Of a stretch of DNA of 25,490 bases, positions 24,353 through 25,490 are shown piece by piece. The stretch comes from Tagaea sp. (lineage in GTDB: Bacteria > Pseudomonadota > Alphaproteobacteria > CACIAM-22H2). Both the position numbers and the translations under genes were made by a program. Where the stretch lies: the NCBI GenBank assembly GCA_041905745.1, contig JAYRKO010000001.1:1-25490 (forward strand), read 5' to 3'. Numbering within the stretch: position 1 is the stretch's first letter; each line of letters begins with the position of its first letter. The notes below the pieces were generated by a model, which was not told the DNA's origin, did not search any database, and was given only the letters and a program-made list of their open reading frames with translations.

Positions 24353-25490
24353 TCAGGTTCGCTCGGCCCGGAACGATTCGACGTAGCGCGCAAGCCGCTC
24401 GGAATAGCTCTTGTCGAATGAGTCGGCAAAATAAGTCGCCGCTCGCCGCATCCTATCCGCGCTGCCCGGTTCGCGACTACGCGCAATCAACTCGGCAACC
24501 TTCGCGATGAACTCCGTCCGGCTTCGTGCGACGACGAAATCGGGCGATTCGTAGATCGGTACGAAGTGCTTGAGCGGCGAAACCCGCTTGAAGTTGATCG
24601 AATCCTCTTCCGCCGGCAGATAGCACATGGCCGCCCGCCCCATCACGGCGGCCTCCACAATGACCGTCGAGAGCGGCGAAACGACCGCATCGACATGCGT
24701 GAGCGCATCGCGCATGACGGCATAATCGGTAAGGTAGACGCCGTCGAACCCCTCTTTCACCCGCCGCAGATACTCCTTCATTGTCGGGTCGATCGTTATG
24801 TGCCGCCATTTGCGATCGAGAATCCGCCCGCCACCCTTGCCGCCGAGACCCCATGGATGCGGACGATAGAATACGTGCACGCCAGCGCCGGCGCCGGTTT
24901 CGATCCACTCTTCGAGACTTTCAAGATGGCTATATTCGTCGAGAATCTTCGACGATCCGGCATACATGAGAATCGTTCGCCCTTCGGGAAGGCCGTTTTC
25001 GCGAAGGTAATCCTGCCGCGACTTGGGTGACGGTACGCGATAGACGTCGAACTGGGCTGCGCCGAACCGAACCACGGTCGGCGCCTGCACGCCCAGGTGA
25101 TCGCGGGCGTGTTCTTCCGTCTGCTGACCCCAGACGAACAGCCGATCCGGCATCGACTGCGCATATCGGCATGTCGAGATGTTGTCCCAGGAATTCATCA
25201 GCAGGAAGAGTGGAATTCCACAGCGTTTGCTGTAATCGAGAAGGTCGTTGACGAACAATCCGTCCATGACTGTCGGATGGATGATGAGGTCGAATCCGCC
25301 GCCTTCGAGAAATGCCTCGAGGTCGCGGTTCGGATTCCGGGCAAGTTTCATTCGGCCGAGCGCCCGGTAGATCTGGAAAACCCCGGGTAGCGCGGCGAGC
25401 GTGAACTGGATTGCGTGAAGCCGACCGACGGCAACCCGCGACGAGAACCGCAGATACTTCGCCTGGGGACCGGGCCGCCAACGCAGCCGG
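24353..25490 (-). CDS. GT-B protein of the TagF/CDP-glycerol glycerophosphotransferase-like or CMP-sugar transferase class (5' end outside window)
   Basis: NSWDN, PDRLFVWG, GAAQFD, YRPHP and STVIVEAA. The frame stays open from ATG 25351 to the right edge (manual translation), so the gene is truncated. Confidence 0.65.
   Translation of the reverse strand, partial: RLRWRPGPQAKYLRFSSRVAVGRLHAIQFTLAALPGVFQIYRALGRMKLARNPNRDLEAFLEGGGFDLIIHPTVMDGLFVNDLLDYSKRCGIPLFLLMNSWDNISTCRYAQSMPDRLFVWGQQTEEHARDHLGVQAPTVVRFGAAQFDVYRVPSPKSRQDYLRENGLPEGRTILMYAGSSKILDEYSHLESLEEWIETGAGAGVHVFYRPHPWGLGGKGGGRILDRKWRHITIDPTMKEYLRRVKEGFDGVYLTDYAVMRDALTHVDAVVSPLSTVIVEAAVMGRAAMCYLPAEEDSINFKRVSPLKHFVPIYESPDFVVARSRTEFIAKVAELIARSREPGSADRMRRAATYFADSFDKSYSERLARYVESFRAERT

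Noticed and set aside
1-25490. CRISPR arrays, tRNA/rRNA genes, IS elements, integrases, prophage genes
   Set aside because: No regularly spaced repeats, RNA-gene signatures or transposase/integrase motifs were recognised, and intergenic gaps are all under about 200 bp.

Overview
GC-rich alphaproteobacterial chromosomal window (lineage inferred from Irr, DUF1674-htpX, rsmB, the heparinase II/III-like gene and alpha-type LptD/LptE). The left end is an iron/stress module: a 5'-end fragment of rubrerythrin with an upstream ICE-like box, an Irr-type Fur regulator, a CPBP-family membrane protein lacking its catalytic histidines, DUF1674 and htpX. Housekeeping genes (htpX, rsmB, heparinase-like, rpe) are interleaved with glycan genes: an FkbM-like methyltransferase, GT2 plus radical SAM/SPASM, rfbG and galE. 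A stand-alone lptD faces lptE tail-to-tail. lptE is the last gene of a tightly coupled minus-strand run of glycosyltransferases and SAM methyltransferases, which is split by a plus-strand cassette (NDP-sugar epimerase plus Fe(II)/2OG dioxygenase). In total there are 7 GT-like genes and 4 non-RNA methyltransferases, and no Wzx/Wzy/Wzm/Wzt/WaaL is visible. The best candidate for a novel system is a dedicated or relocated LptDE translocon linked to synthesis of a methylated, radical/oxygenase-tailored surface glycan or glycolipid. No tRNA, rRNA, CRISPR array or IS element was recognised. All calls come from motif reading, with no database searches.
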